Assembly (NCBI GenBank): GCA_965178125.1
Contig: OZ237758.1
Coordinates: 186,001 to 250,000 of the forward strand
Reading direction: 5' to 3'
DNA: 64,000 nt
Source: Bilabrum cf. latius
Taxonomy: Eukaryota
The position numbers and the translations under genes are program-made. The notes under the pieces were generated by a model, which did not search any database, had not been told where the DNA came from, and saw only the letters and a program-made list of their open reading frames with translations. Positions 35,201 through 46,626 of this stretch are shown one piece after another (the stretch's first letter is position 1; each line of letters begins with the position of its first letter).

Positions 35201-38200
35201 ATGGACGCGATTGACTGGGAACCTAGAAAAGGCGGCAATGCAGCCTCCGGATCACCAAGCGGGGTCGCACCGACGGGTGGTGAGTATATTCGCTTTTGTC
35301 AACGGTAGCATGCGCTCGCTCAGTCCTGTCCCACCACAACCGCACCAGCGATGTTTCACACTTTTATGTATCGTTTGTTGCAGGAGTGGTATCACCGTCT
35401 GCGGCGGAACCTTCGGACGGCCCGCAGAGCTAGGACGGCGCGAGTCCGGCTGCAGGTGCAACTGTGCAGCAGTCCTTTGCGCAGATAGATTCGGAGCACG
35501 ACCCAGACGACCCCAACGACAGCTTTCAGAGAACTAAGCTTGCAGAGCAACAGCTGGAGCAGGATGACCTGGATGCCGCCGCCCGCGTGGTTGACGAGCT
35601 CACGGAGCAGCTCGCTTCCGAGATCGGCCAGATCAAGACTCTGACTGCGGTCATGCGAGCACGGCAGGCAGACAGGAGCCAGCAAACGGAGTAGACCGGC
35701 ACTCACGGACCTCTTTTGCGAGTTGCGGAGCAGCAGTTCGTGCAGATGCAGCAGCACCTCGCGGCCGAGGCGCAGGCCCGCACGGAGGCCATGACACCCG
35801 TGCGTCCAGACGCTCTGGCACGGGAACAGCAGCAGCAGCAGCAGTACACGGGGCCGGGACCACAGGACAGTGTGAGCAGGGCCTAGAGCCCGGTGCCCGA
35901 CAACGAAGTGCACTATGTGTTCCTCCCCGACGGCACGCGCCTGACCCTGTACAACAACATGCTGTTTGATGAGCTGGGCAACGACGTGCCGTGGGAGACG
36001 CTGGGCCCGGGAGCTGGGCCTCACTTGCTGGTGCAGGTGGGAGGGCCCCCGGCAGAGGGCGAGGAGGGAGCCACAGAGGGGGGCGACGAGGCTGTAGATG
36101 ATGACGAGGAGGAGAACAAGTAGGGGTAGGGTAGAGAGGGCGCGCGTGCTGATGAGATTAGAGTGCAGGGAGGGGGCGCTGGGGAGGGCGATCCCGCGCG
36201 CGGCAGTGCGGTGCATCCTCCCATGCCTCGGCCTCAGCCTCAGCAGAGACAAGACGGCGACGATGCTACGAGCCAGTACGACTCGGACACTGACGTGGTG
36301 GGCCAGCGAAGAGCCGGCGGTGGAACAGGAACAGGAACAGGGCCGGGGGCAAAGGCCGTGACCAGGGCCAGGCCAGCAGCCCTGTAGTCACCCTTTGCCA
36401 ATACTGCTGCCGCAGCAGCAGCAGCAGCAGCAGCAGACCCCTCTGTGGCGGACAGGGAGTAGGACTAGGCTGGCAGTGGGGGCGTGCTCGAGTCGAAAAC
36501 CAGCGACGAAGACGAAGGTGCTGATGCAGACGCAGACGCAAGCAAGGCCAAGGGCAAGGGGTCGCAACCATCATCCGCCGCTGCTGCCTCGCCCAGCCCC
36601 AGCTCGAGCTTTCAGCGGATGCGGCTCGCTCGCAGGCCAACCGAGGTCAGGATGCAGTTCACTGCGCTGCAGGACAGCACCATGAGCCTGCACCGGCAGA
36701 TCTAGGAGGAAAACCGGAAGATAGCGCAGGCAGCCGGCACTGAGCATGAGCAGGACCAGCAAGGCCCAAGCGTAGGAGGCAGCCCATGCTCGGCCTCGTC
36801 CAGACAAGCAGCACTGGAAGCGGGCGGCAGGGCGGTCCAGGGAGGCGGGGTCCGGGCAGTGGATGGTACCGGGCGGGAACGGGGCACAGCGGAGGGGCTA
36901 GGGGCGGGCAACACCGGATCTAGGCGTCATCGGCGCCGGCGCCGCGCCGCCAATGTCAGCTCCATGCGCCCTTCCAAGATCCTGTCCACGGCGGTGAGGG
37001 CCATGCGGACAGCCATGAGGTCGGGGTCGGGGCAAGCGGTGAGTGGGCTGGTGGTCCCCCCCATGCACGCGCCTCACGAGGGCGACGGGTCCCGTCCAGC
37101 GCATGCGTCTGGGTCTGGCTCAGTGTCGCCGGGGCACAAGGGGCAGGGCATCGATAGGAAGCAGGCTGAGCTGGAGCGGCTGCAGCAGCACAGGGCCATG
37201 CTGGAGGTAGGCCATGTCCGTGAGCAGCAGCAGCAGCAGCAGCAGCAGGGGACGCGTGGGGGAAGCGGCGGGGGCGTACCTCCTCACAGGAGAGGGAGTA
37301 GGTCCAGGGAACAGCAGGGGCCTGGTGCGTCATTCGCATTTGTGGACGTGGAGGGCGAGGGCGAGGGCGAGGTTGGCGTGGAGGAGGAGGAGTCCGGCAT
37401 GGACACCGATCTTGGGCTGATGGAGGGTGACGGGGAGGGGTTGGAGGGGGAGGGCGGGGACATGCACGTGGACCAGTTCAGGATGGTATCGGAGGAGGAA
37501 GAGGACGAAGAGGAGGGGGGGCAGGTTGGCCGCCATGGGTACCACCACCGGCCCCGGCCTCCCGGGGCGGGTCGGGGCCGTGCCCCCGGCAGCAGCATGG
37601 ATTTCAGCTCTGGATCCGACCTCGGGATGGGGGGCGTCGCTATGCCTGACGGGACCCGTGGCGATGTTCCCCCGGAGCAGCACGGCGCCGAGGCTGCCCT
37701 TGTGGGGATCGGCATGAAGGGCGACCGTGCGCGTAGGCAGCAGCCGGGACAGGGCAGGGGGTGGAGCCGGGGATAGGGGCGAGGCCACGGTATGCAGGGG
37801 CAGGAGTTCCCTGGGCATGCCTCCGTGATGAGCGGGAGTCGCATGACGGGAGAGGGTGAGGCGAGCACAATCAGCGGTTCGGCGTCCATGGTCAGCGGGG
37901 CTGGAGGACGCGGAGGAACTGCGATGGGACGGGACGAGGAGGAGGAGGAGGATGAGGACGATGAGGGCTTCAAGCATTTCGGGGCAGGGAAGGACGGGGC
38001 GGGAGAGGGGACCGGCGAAGGTCATGAGGAAGGGGAGGATGGGCGGGGCGACCACCAGAGAGTGGCGAGGGAGGGGCAGCTGTGGAAGGCCGACAGACAC
38101 GGGGCCAAATGGAGGAAGCGGTGGGCCTGCGTGTGCCCGGAGAAGCTGTACTACTTCTCTAGCGACACGCAGGCTCGCGAAGCCAAGGCAGAGGGCAACA

Positions 38201-38427
38201 TGACTCTCTACAAGGCCGGGATTGACCTTCACATGTGCACCGTGGTAATCCAGAGGAAGCAGCCTAGGGACGCGCCCCCCAAGGGGACGTACCCGTTCAC
38301 GCTGCAGTGCGGCGGGAGGAAGTTCTGGTTTGCGGCGACCTCCGCAGACGAGCGGAGAGTGTGGGTCACCATGCTGTGCGAGATCACACAAGAGAGCCCC
38401 GAGGTAGTGCTGGAGGGGTTCGAGTGA
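35201..38427 (+). CDS. Low-complexity protein with a C-terminal PH domain, about 1,040 aa, intron 35280-35383, 10 in-frame TAG
   Basis: PH domain: REGQLWK...WRKRWACV..EKLYYF...YPFTLQ...FWFAATSADERRVWV. The upstream fragments are all in frame, joined by TAG at 35431, 35692, 35884, 36121, 36127, 36385, 36460, 36466, 36703 and 37774. Intron reads GTGAGT...TTGCAG. Ends in TGA. Confidence 0.8.
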
Positions 38428-38670
38428 GGTCGATGGATACCTCAAGCACCGGGTTTCTTCGTGCGTTCGCAGTGCTGAAAATCAATGTTGTCGATGTTTT
38501 GCTCAGCTATGATTCATATTTGATTGCAAACCAACCTCATGGCCGCCGTGCGGCTCTGCCCACCCCTGCGGCCGAAGGCAGGCAGCGGGAGCCGGATCTG
38601 GCACCCGATCCAACCACTTGGATGCGACATAGGGAACCAGTCGTCCTACAGATTAGATGAAGATTCCTTT

Positions 38671-40147
38671 TCAGGTCGTCTTCACTCCTCGCTGCTCGAG
38701 CCAATCCCGCATCTTGTCGTTATATCGCATGCGCCACCTCTCCAGCGCCCTCTCGCCGCTCGTCGCTGCCGCCTCCCGCTAGTCTCCCAGCAGGAAGCGA
38801 TCTCGGTAGTCAGCCGACTTGCGATAAAGCGTCTCTTCATCGCTCTCAATGTCGCTCTCTCTGTCCCGACTGTCTTGGGATGCGCCCTTGCCATCTCCCG
38901 CCTTGTCCTCCTCCTCCTCCTCGTCCTCGTCATCGTCCGAGTCCGAGTCCGAGTCCGAGCCGGAAGAAGACCCCGAGGAGCTGCTCCCATCAGAACCTGA
39001 GCCCGATCCATGACCACTCGTGCTGCTACTTCTGCGACCTCCGCGGCTTTTTCGACTCTTGTTGGACACACCTCCAGCAGGCCTATGTTCATGCACCTCC
39101 AGCTGACCGCGTTCGCGTGCTCGGCTACCCATCGATCTGTGGCGGCTCCCCGCCCCGACAGCAAGCCCCTGGCGTGCAGCAACACCGCCGTCACCCTCGT
39201 CTTCGTCTTCATCATTATCGCTTTCATCTTCGCTACTGCTGCTACTGCCGCTGCTGCTGCTGCTGCTGGGCCTCCTCCTTCTAGTGCCAGTCCTGGCACC
39301 CCTCCCCTTGGAAGCCTCACGACTCTCCTCCTCGCAGTCCTCCTACCTGCCTTTTTCATTTCCTTCGAGCCTGCCCGGTGATTCAGAATCGGAATCCGGG
39401 ACAGACGGGCGCAAGAGGGGCCCAGCGTGAGCCATCTGCCTCGACGGTGCTCGAATTGAGGCTGAAGCAACAATCTGGGGGCCTTTGCGCTTCGCCCTGG
39501 GATCAGTCTGCATCTTGCTCGCATGACGGCTACTGGAAAGAATGCGCGACATGCCCTTCGATTTCGATCCGGTCTCTTTGCGCGCCCTGGTCGACTGCTT
39601 GGCAGGTGCTCGCACAGCTCTCTCATGCTCGCTTTCGTCGCTCGAGTCTGTGCTCCTTGTTGGGCTGGCGCTTCCTAATTCAGCCCCCTATGGTGATTCA
39701 TAGCTGCTAGATGAATGCCTGTGCCTTGCGGCCGGATCTGACGGCGATTTCCGCTTCCGTTTCGGTTGCACAGCTCCATGAGATTGGGCGAGACCCGAGG
39801 CTACCCGTCCTTTGCTGCCACTCGCCGCCAGCTATGATTTTGACTTGCCGTACTTTGTCGTCTTGGAGTATTTGCTAAATGCATGTGGTGCTTCGTCCAT
39901 GCCCTGGCCAGGCTCATCCAGCCTTTGGCTATCGTCTCGAGAGGACATGCTATCGTCAAGCAACTCCGATGCCCAGTTCATATTAGGTGCTGGGGAGTTA
40001 TTTTCGGTAAGCTTTAATATATCATCTGCTGTCCGTTTCTTGGCAGCTTCTCGAGCTCCTCGCTTTGACTTCTTCTTTGGGCGAGCACCAGCTTCGGTAT
40101 CCAGCACCTGCTCCCGCTTCCGTACTCTGCCAAGTTTCTCGCGCCGC
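38671..40147 (-). CDS. Hypothetical Ser/Asp/Glu/Arg-rich protein (last exon; first exon not located)
   Basis: A single frame with TAG at 39832, 39688, 39343 and 38779, ending ...WLEQRGVKTT-TGA. It is preceded by a TTTTCTGCAG acceptor-like site. Confidence 0.55.
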
Positions 40148-40480
40148 TGCAGAAAATTGATTGAAATAAATACGCAGAAAGCAATAGAAGCAGGCGAATG
40201 CAGGCAGGCATGGCAGGAGAAAAAAAAACTAACCGGTTGCATTTGGAAATCAATGTAGGCTGAACTAGAGCTTTGTACTGGCCTTCGCAGCGGGAATCAC
40301 CACAGATCAGCAGAACAAACAATGAAACGCATCAATGCCTCGCGCAAGTAGACATGCTCTTGCGGATGCGAACGGTTGCGGCGATGACATGCCGACTCGG
40401 AAGGAAAGTTCTCTCCTCGGAGCAAATCAAACCGCCAGTGGGGTCCCGCAAACAACCGCTGCAGCTCCCCTTCGCTGACA

Positions 40481-43400
40481 TCACTGGGGCCGTCCACCGG
40501 TGGCCAGCAGCGCGTTCTCCACAGAGGCATCGATCACGCGCTCGTCGCCCACCAGACGGGCCACCGCGCTCGCCACCTGGTCCACACCGTTGGTGGCCTC
40601 CAGCACGTAGGTGCCGGGGCACGCCACCGTGCGCCCAGTCCCTCGCCGAGGCATGGCCAGCGTATCGGAGTCCACGTTGAAGGTCACCGTGGTGGACTCG
40701 CCGGCCTTGAGGTGCACCCTCTGGAAGCCCGCCAGCTGCTTGATGAGGGGCAGGTCCCCAGGGTCACCACCGTCGGGGTGAGGCCCGTGCACAGCGTCCA
40801 CGTCCTCCTGCGGCTTCACAAAGAGGAACACCACCTCGTCGCCCTCTCTGTCCCCCGTGTTGGTCACTTTGGCCGTGTAGGTCTTGGACAGCGAGGACAC
40901 ATGGCCCCCCGCAGACATGGGCCCCACGCCGGTCCACAGCTGGGTCTCCTCCTGGCCCACCTGCTCGCTGTCCCATGACACTGTGAAAGTCGTGTACGAC
41001 AGGCCGTGCGCGAAGGCGAAGGAAGGCTTCCCCGTGTAGAAGCGGTAGGTGCGTCCGGGCGGGTGGGCGATGTCCATATCAAGGAAGTTGGCCTGGTCCA
41101 CGATGCTCGACTCGTACATGGTGACGGGCATCTTGCCGCCGGGGTTGTAGTCCCCCATCAGCACGCTGGCCAGGGCAGGGGCGCCAAAGAAGCCCGGGTA
41201 GAAGGCCTCCACGATGGCAGGCACCTCCGTGGCAAGCCCGTCAATGGCCACCGAGCCGCCGTTGATCAGCACCAGCACAGTTGGAGTGCCCGTGGCCAGC
41301 ACGGCACGGATGAACTCGGGCTGCACGCCGGGCAGCGAGATGTTCACGCGGTCGTATCCCTCCCTCTCCACCTCCTGGCTCAGCCCGGCGAAGATCACCG
41401 CCACGTCCGCCTCCTTGGCGGCCTGCACAGCGGCTGCAAACCCGCTCGTGTCCTGCGAGTCCACGTCGCAACCGTGCTCGAAGGTGACGGAGCCACCGGG
41501 GTTGGCCTTCTGCAGCTCCACGTACGGCTGGGGCACGCAGTTGTACCCCTCAAGGGGGCAGATCTGGCCCAGATAGTTGCCCAGGAGCTCCTTGTTGGCA
41601 TCAGCGTGGGGGCCCACAGCCGCGATCTTGGCCCCCTTCTTGATCGGGAGGATGCTGCCCTCGTTCCGCAGGAGCACGGTGCTCTGCTGGGCGGCGAACA
41701 GGCTCAGCTCCCTCGAGTAGGTCGTGTTCACGTCCTGCTCGCTCACGTGCCAGTAGGGCTGCCCCTCATGCGAGTCGAACAGGCCCATCTCGAAGCGCAG
41801 CCGCAGCGAGTTGTTCAGGGCACGGTTCACGTCTTCCATGCTGCAGAGCCCGTCAGCCACGCCCTGCAGAAGGGCGTCATTGTACACGCTACCGCTGTTG
41901 ATGTCCGTGACGCCGTCTTTGATGGCCACGCAGGCGGCCTCCTCGGCAGTGGCGACGTAGTGGTGCTCCGCGTAGATGTCCCTGATGGCCCCGCTGTCAG
42001 AGGTAACGTAGCCTGCGATACACGAAAAGTGAAGGAGAACGAGCGGAGATAAGGATGGTATGGAGAGAGGGGCATCCAGGGGTTGAAAAATGAGCGTTCC
42101 GTCTCTGCATGCATGGTCGCGGGCATGGAATGGAATGCGAAGCGGTGCTCGTCTGAGACTTCCTAGCTCATCAACGATCGCACTGGCAAGAGGTGTCTTG
42201 CCAGAAAGAAATATCGTGCCTTGCGCCCATGGTCTCACCGGTGAATCCCCACTCGTCCCTCAGGATGTTGGCCAGGAAGGGAGAGGCGCACGTGGGCACG
42301 CCAGGCCCGAAATCGGTCGAGTTGTCACCCTTCTGCAGCGCGATGGCGTTGTACGAGCACATCAGCGACTGCGCGTTGCCCTTGGTCACGGCCTCCTTGA
42401 AGGCAGGCAGGTACACGGCGGCCAGCATGTAGTCGGACACGTTGGCCACGAAGTTGTGCCTCGTGTGGCCGTTGTAGTTCTCCAGCGAGTACGCCGCCCA
42501 GTGCTTGAGGCACGTCACTCCGCGGTAGTACCGGTCATCGTCCCCGTTCTGCAGCCCGAGGGTGTACCTGAGACCGTACTTGCCATTGACGAAGGAAGAC
42601 TCGCTGGGCACCTCCTGGCAGCGGCCCCACCTCGGGTCCCTGCACACGTTGATGTTGGGACTCCACGTGTTGAGGCCTGTGAGGTGGGGGGGTCGAGGTG
42701 GGACTCGACTTGGGGGGATGGGGTGGGCCAGCAGTAACAAGGTAGCAGCTTGCGTGCTTGTTATCAGCGCGACGGACCCATGCACAGCAAAACGGCGGAT
42801 AGGCAACATGATCCATAACCGCCCGCGTGGGTGGAGCAATTCACTTTGCCTCGCCCCGCTCATCCTGTCGCACGATTGCATGTCAAAACGCAAACCAGGT
42901 CACCAAAACCGTACAAAAGCTCTGCTATACCTCTCTCTCTCTTTTTCTTTCTCACCGATGTGTGGCAGCCCGTTGCCGTGGTTCTCCCCGACGCCCTGCA
43001 GCCAGAGGGACCTCATCTCGTGCCCGATCACATCGGTCATGGCCTCCCACAGGGTCTCGTTGAAGGCGCAGCCCAGCATGTTGGGAGACGGGAAGGAAGT
43101 GGGACAGTTGGCGATCAAGTTACCGTCCCAGTTCTTCTTGCTCCCGCACCTGGACTGCACACCATGCACCGCGTTAAGACCGTAATCATATTCTACGAGC
43201 CCGATGCGGCTCACGTTGCCCTTTGGGCTCTCGCGGGCCGTGAGCAGAGGGGGCTTCTCGACGTCATGCAATAGCGAGATTAGAGACTGGGAGCGGGTCT
43301 CCACGGGCAGCGACATGTTGCAATAGTCGAAGTGGTCGTTTGGGGGCACGCAGGAGGCCGGGATGGGCACCGGTGTCGGGGGCTTCGGCGGGGGCGGAAA

Positions 43401-43785
43401 TGGGGCGCTGCGGTTGCCTGACACGCGATTCGGCGTCGGCACGTATGAATTCGTATTGTCCTTCAAGAAACAGGCCTTGGAGCTGCGTGGTGCGGTCAGA
43501 GGAGCTGGCATAAAATCCCGATCTTGTCATTGCCACGTCAATACTTCAACTTTTCATTAGCTTAGAAACATCAGACCCTTACTCGGTATCGTACGTAAAT
43601 GCAAAGCATCCGTACTGGTCGTTGCACTGCGTGCAGCAATCGCTTGCAGAGGTTGCAGTGGTCTGCTGTCCGCCAGTGCCCACGATGACGTTTTCTACCG
43701 TGCTGCACCCAGCGTCGCACACCTTTGCAGTGACGACAGAAGCTGATGCAAGGACTGCAAGCATTCCAAGCTGAGAGAGTACCAT
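40481..43785 (-). CDS. Secreted GH3 beta-xylosidase/glucosidase with an N-terminal PAN/apple-like module and C-terminal Fn3-like domain, 899 aa, 4 exons
   Basis: Signal peptide; DCCTQC...CFAFTY..SKACFLK; TSFPSP; WSPNINVCRDPRWGRCQEVPSE; KHWAAY; MCSYNAI; WGFTGYVTSDSGAI; EREGYDR; YNPGGKMPVT; GRTYRFY; QLAGFQRV. GT-AG introns at 43483-43582, 42677-42955 and 42013-42238 restore the frame. Confidence 0.93.
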
Positions 43786-43966
43786 TGTGGACCGCCTTTA
43801 CAGCGAAATCCGAGAAATGGTTAAGTGCAACTCTTCCGACGCGCCGTGATTGCCAAAAATCATTTTTGGCACGCAACCCACCCGCGCCGGGCCGGCTCCA
43901 GACTCGGTTAATAGGCTAGCGGTCACATCAACGAAGGTACTATATAATAACACAAATGTACAATAT

Positions 43967-44524
43967 TCAAGTCCCCTGTCCTTCTTCTCCACTCGGAGCA
44001 ATCCCGCTAGCAGTGCCGCCAGAATCAGCATCCCCACTGGGCTTCGCTGCCTTGCCCCCAGAAATGGCAGCACTGGGGTCCTTCCCGGCTCCACCAAGCA
44101 TGTCTCGGAAGTCTGCGAGAGAGATCTTTCCGTCGCCGTCCACGTCAGCGGCCTGCATGACCACCTCCATATCCTCCTTGCCCAAGTCCTCGAAGCCCAG
44201 CCTATGAAACACGTCGGCTAGGACAGCTGGGTCCGCCATACCCTTACCTTGCGGGTCAAACACTCGAAAGGCCTCCGCCACTGGGTCAAACACCAGATCA
44301 TTGTCCTCCAGTAGTGACAGCACATCAGCCTCTGTGACCTCGTCCTGCCCTCCCATTAGAAATCGAAGCTCTTTCAGCGGCATGTCGCGGTAGAATGGGG
44401 CTAGTCTAGATCTCAAATCCTTTAGGGAAACGGAACCCTTGTCTTCTACATCTAAGAACCGGAAGGCTGCGCGAACTTCCTCCGGATCAACAAAGACGCC
44501 CCCACTCTTGCTCGTGCGAGCCAT
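43967..44524 (-). CDS. Calmodulin/centrin-like EF-hand protein
   Basis: AAFRFLDVEDKGSVSLKDL, EAFRVFDPQGKG, AADVDGDGKISLADF. Ends in TGA. Confidence 0.85.
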   Translation of the reverse strand: MARTSKSGGVFVDPEEVRAAFRFLDVEDKGSVSLKDLRSRLAPFYRDMPLKELRFLMGGQDEVTEADVLSLLEDNDLVFDPVAEAFRVFDPQGKGMADPAVLADVFHRLGFEDLGKEDMEVVMQAADVDGDGKISLADFRDMLGGAGKDPSAAISGGKAAKPSGDADSGGTASGIAPSGEEGQGT

Positions 44525-44767
44525 ACTTGCGATCTCCAATACGTGGCTAAATGCAATCTATAATTAGTATGTAGACCAGATCGCCAGATGTTTGTGACAC
44601 AATCCTTGATATAAATGGTGCACGGAAGCAGCCGTAACGGGTAGGTCTAGGTCGCCATGTGACCAGTGCGATTCGGCGTTTGGTCGCATGCACCAGCAGC
44701 ACGAGCAGCACGCTGTTCGAACTGGAAAGTAGGCCGCATGGTTGCTGTGCACATTAATCCTAGACAA

Positions 44768-46336
44768 TCACGCCCTCCCTTCCAGCTTGTCGTCCACAAG
44801 GGCGCATATCCTGCACTCGGCATAGTGCGCGCACCGGTCCACTCGCTCGGCGAAATTAGAGAACCGCTCGGCAGCCCGCAGGTCCTCCTCATGCGCGCCC
44901 TTCCCCTCCCACTCTCCACCCCCACCTGAACCTTGACTCCCACTTGCACTCCCACTCTCGCTCTCGGTATCACCCTCGGCCTGCACTCCCTCCGCCACGC
45001 CCAGAGCCTGCCTCCGCCACGCCAGCCTCCCCCAGTACTCCTCCTCCCCCTTGCTGTTCCCCAGCTCGTCCTTCACCGCCTCCCACACATCCTTCCCGCT
45101 CCCCGTGGCGCGGGCATCCACCCCCGCCGCCCTGGAAGGCAGCCACTGCCACAGGTTCTCTGGGCCCCACACGATGGGCACGGCCCCAGCCACCAGCGCG
45201 TGGCTCAGCTCCGGCTCCACCCAGTCCCAGTCCAGAGAGCTCTGCGCCACGATCACGAACCGATAGGTCTTGAGGAGCGCCAGGCGAGTGGGCAGGTGCT
45301 CCAGGGCGCGGCTAAACTATGGGCCGGGCGGTGCTCCCGTGTTCTTCACAGGGCCCGTGTAGGCGTGCACGAGGCCCTCCATCCCGTCGGCCTTTGCCGC
45401 CGCCATAAACTCCCGGAGGCCTTTCATTGCAGTGCCGTGCACCCCTCTGTCGCTGAACATGGCGATGCCCCTCCCGGGGGACTTGTCCCCGGGGCCCACG
45501 GGGGATAGGTAGGGGGCAGCCAGGGGTCCGTAGGTTGCAACCGCTGCGTCCGATGCGGGCGGCTGTCCCCAGGGGCACATCAGGCTGACGGGGATGGTGG
45601 CCTCCTGCGGCGCCGCCGCGCTGAAATCGAACCTCTCCCTCATCTCCTGGCTCCTGAGGGTGTGCCCTGGGTATGCGCCCTCTGGTTCCATGTAGAACAT
45701 GCCCAGCACCGGTCGCCCGTCCTGCCCCTTACCCGGCTGTCTCTTCAGCATCTCGTCCTCCTTCCCGTGCCAGGGCCACTGGAAGCCCCCTTGCACGCCG
45801 AACTTGGGCACGTTCACGGACTCGACAACGATCGCGTCAGGCGCGGCGTCGCCCTCCGTGGGTACGGCTCCACCCTGCTGGTGCTGGAACACGCAATCGA
45901 GGCCGGGGCACGGCTTGTCCACGTGCACGCCGGCCGCTGCCCACATGAGCTCGGCCGAATGCTGGCTCGGGCCTCCCCAGCCCGGCCAGACGCCAGTGTT
46001 GATCTTGCCGCCACCGTCGCCGCCGGTGTACAAAACAATGCGTCGCTTCGTAGGGGGTGATCTCCGTACGATTGGTGGCGGCGTCGGATGAAACTTGCGC
46101 ACGACTGCTGGTGCAGGAGCTGCTGATTGAGGAGCCGGATCAACCATACCAGTTTCAAGCTACTGATGCGAATCTGGCTGCCGAGCTTGGTCATTCGCTT
46201 GAGGCTAAAGAGAGTTTTCAACCTGCTGTTCAGGCGATGTGTCTCTATTCCAGTAGTACAAGGCAACAGATAGCAAGATCGCGACGACAAGAACTATAGC
46301 CATCACTTCCCGGCAAGCAAGGGGGAAATACCGCAT
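44768..46336 (-). CDS. Type II membrane GT10 (alpha-1,3-fucosyltransferase-like) protein with a degenerate catalytic motif, about 522 aa
   Basis: N-terminal TM segment (VMAIVLVVAILLSVALYYW), FYMEPEG, and YRFVIVAQSSLDWDWVEPELSHALVAGAVPIVWG. Joined through TAG at 46205, 46160 and 45317. Ends in TGA. Confidence 0.7.
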
Positions 46337-46626
46337 AATTCCGCCGGGTCTTCCCTTCTTGCCATGTTTGCCGCCATCATATCGCTGAGGCCTTCTGCCT
46401 AACCCCCCGGGTCGCGGCAACGGCATGCTTGAATGCTTTTTTGTCCGTGGTCACAGGTGTGACTACTAGTGTATTAAAACGTGATAATTTAGCTTGAATC
46501 TGGTATTCCTCTGTATCATCACATCGCTTCACGACAAGGCTCTTCTATCAGCAACATCCTAGAATTCCCGTAGTATTTGCCACCATTTCGTTTGTTTAAA
46601 GTGCTGAGCCTGCCTGAAGTGGATTA

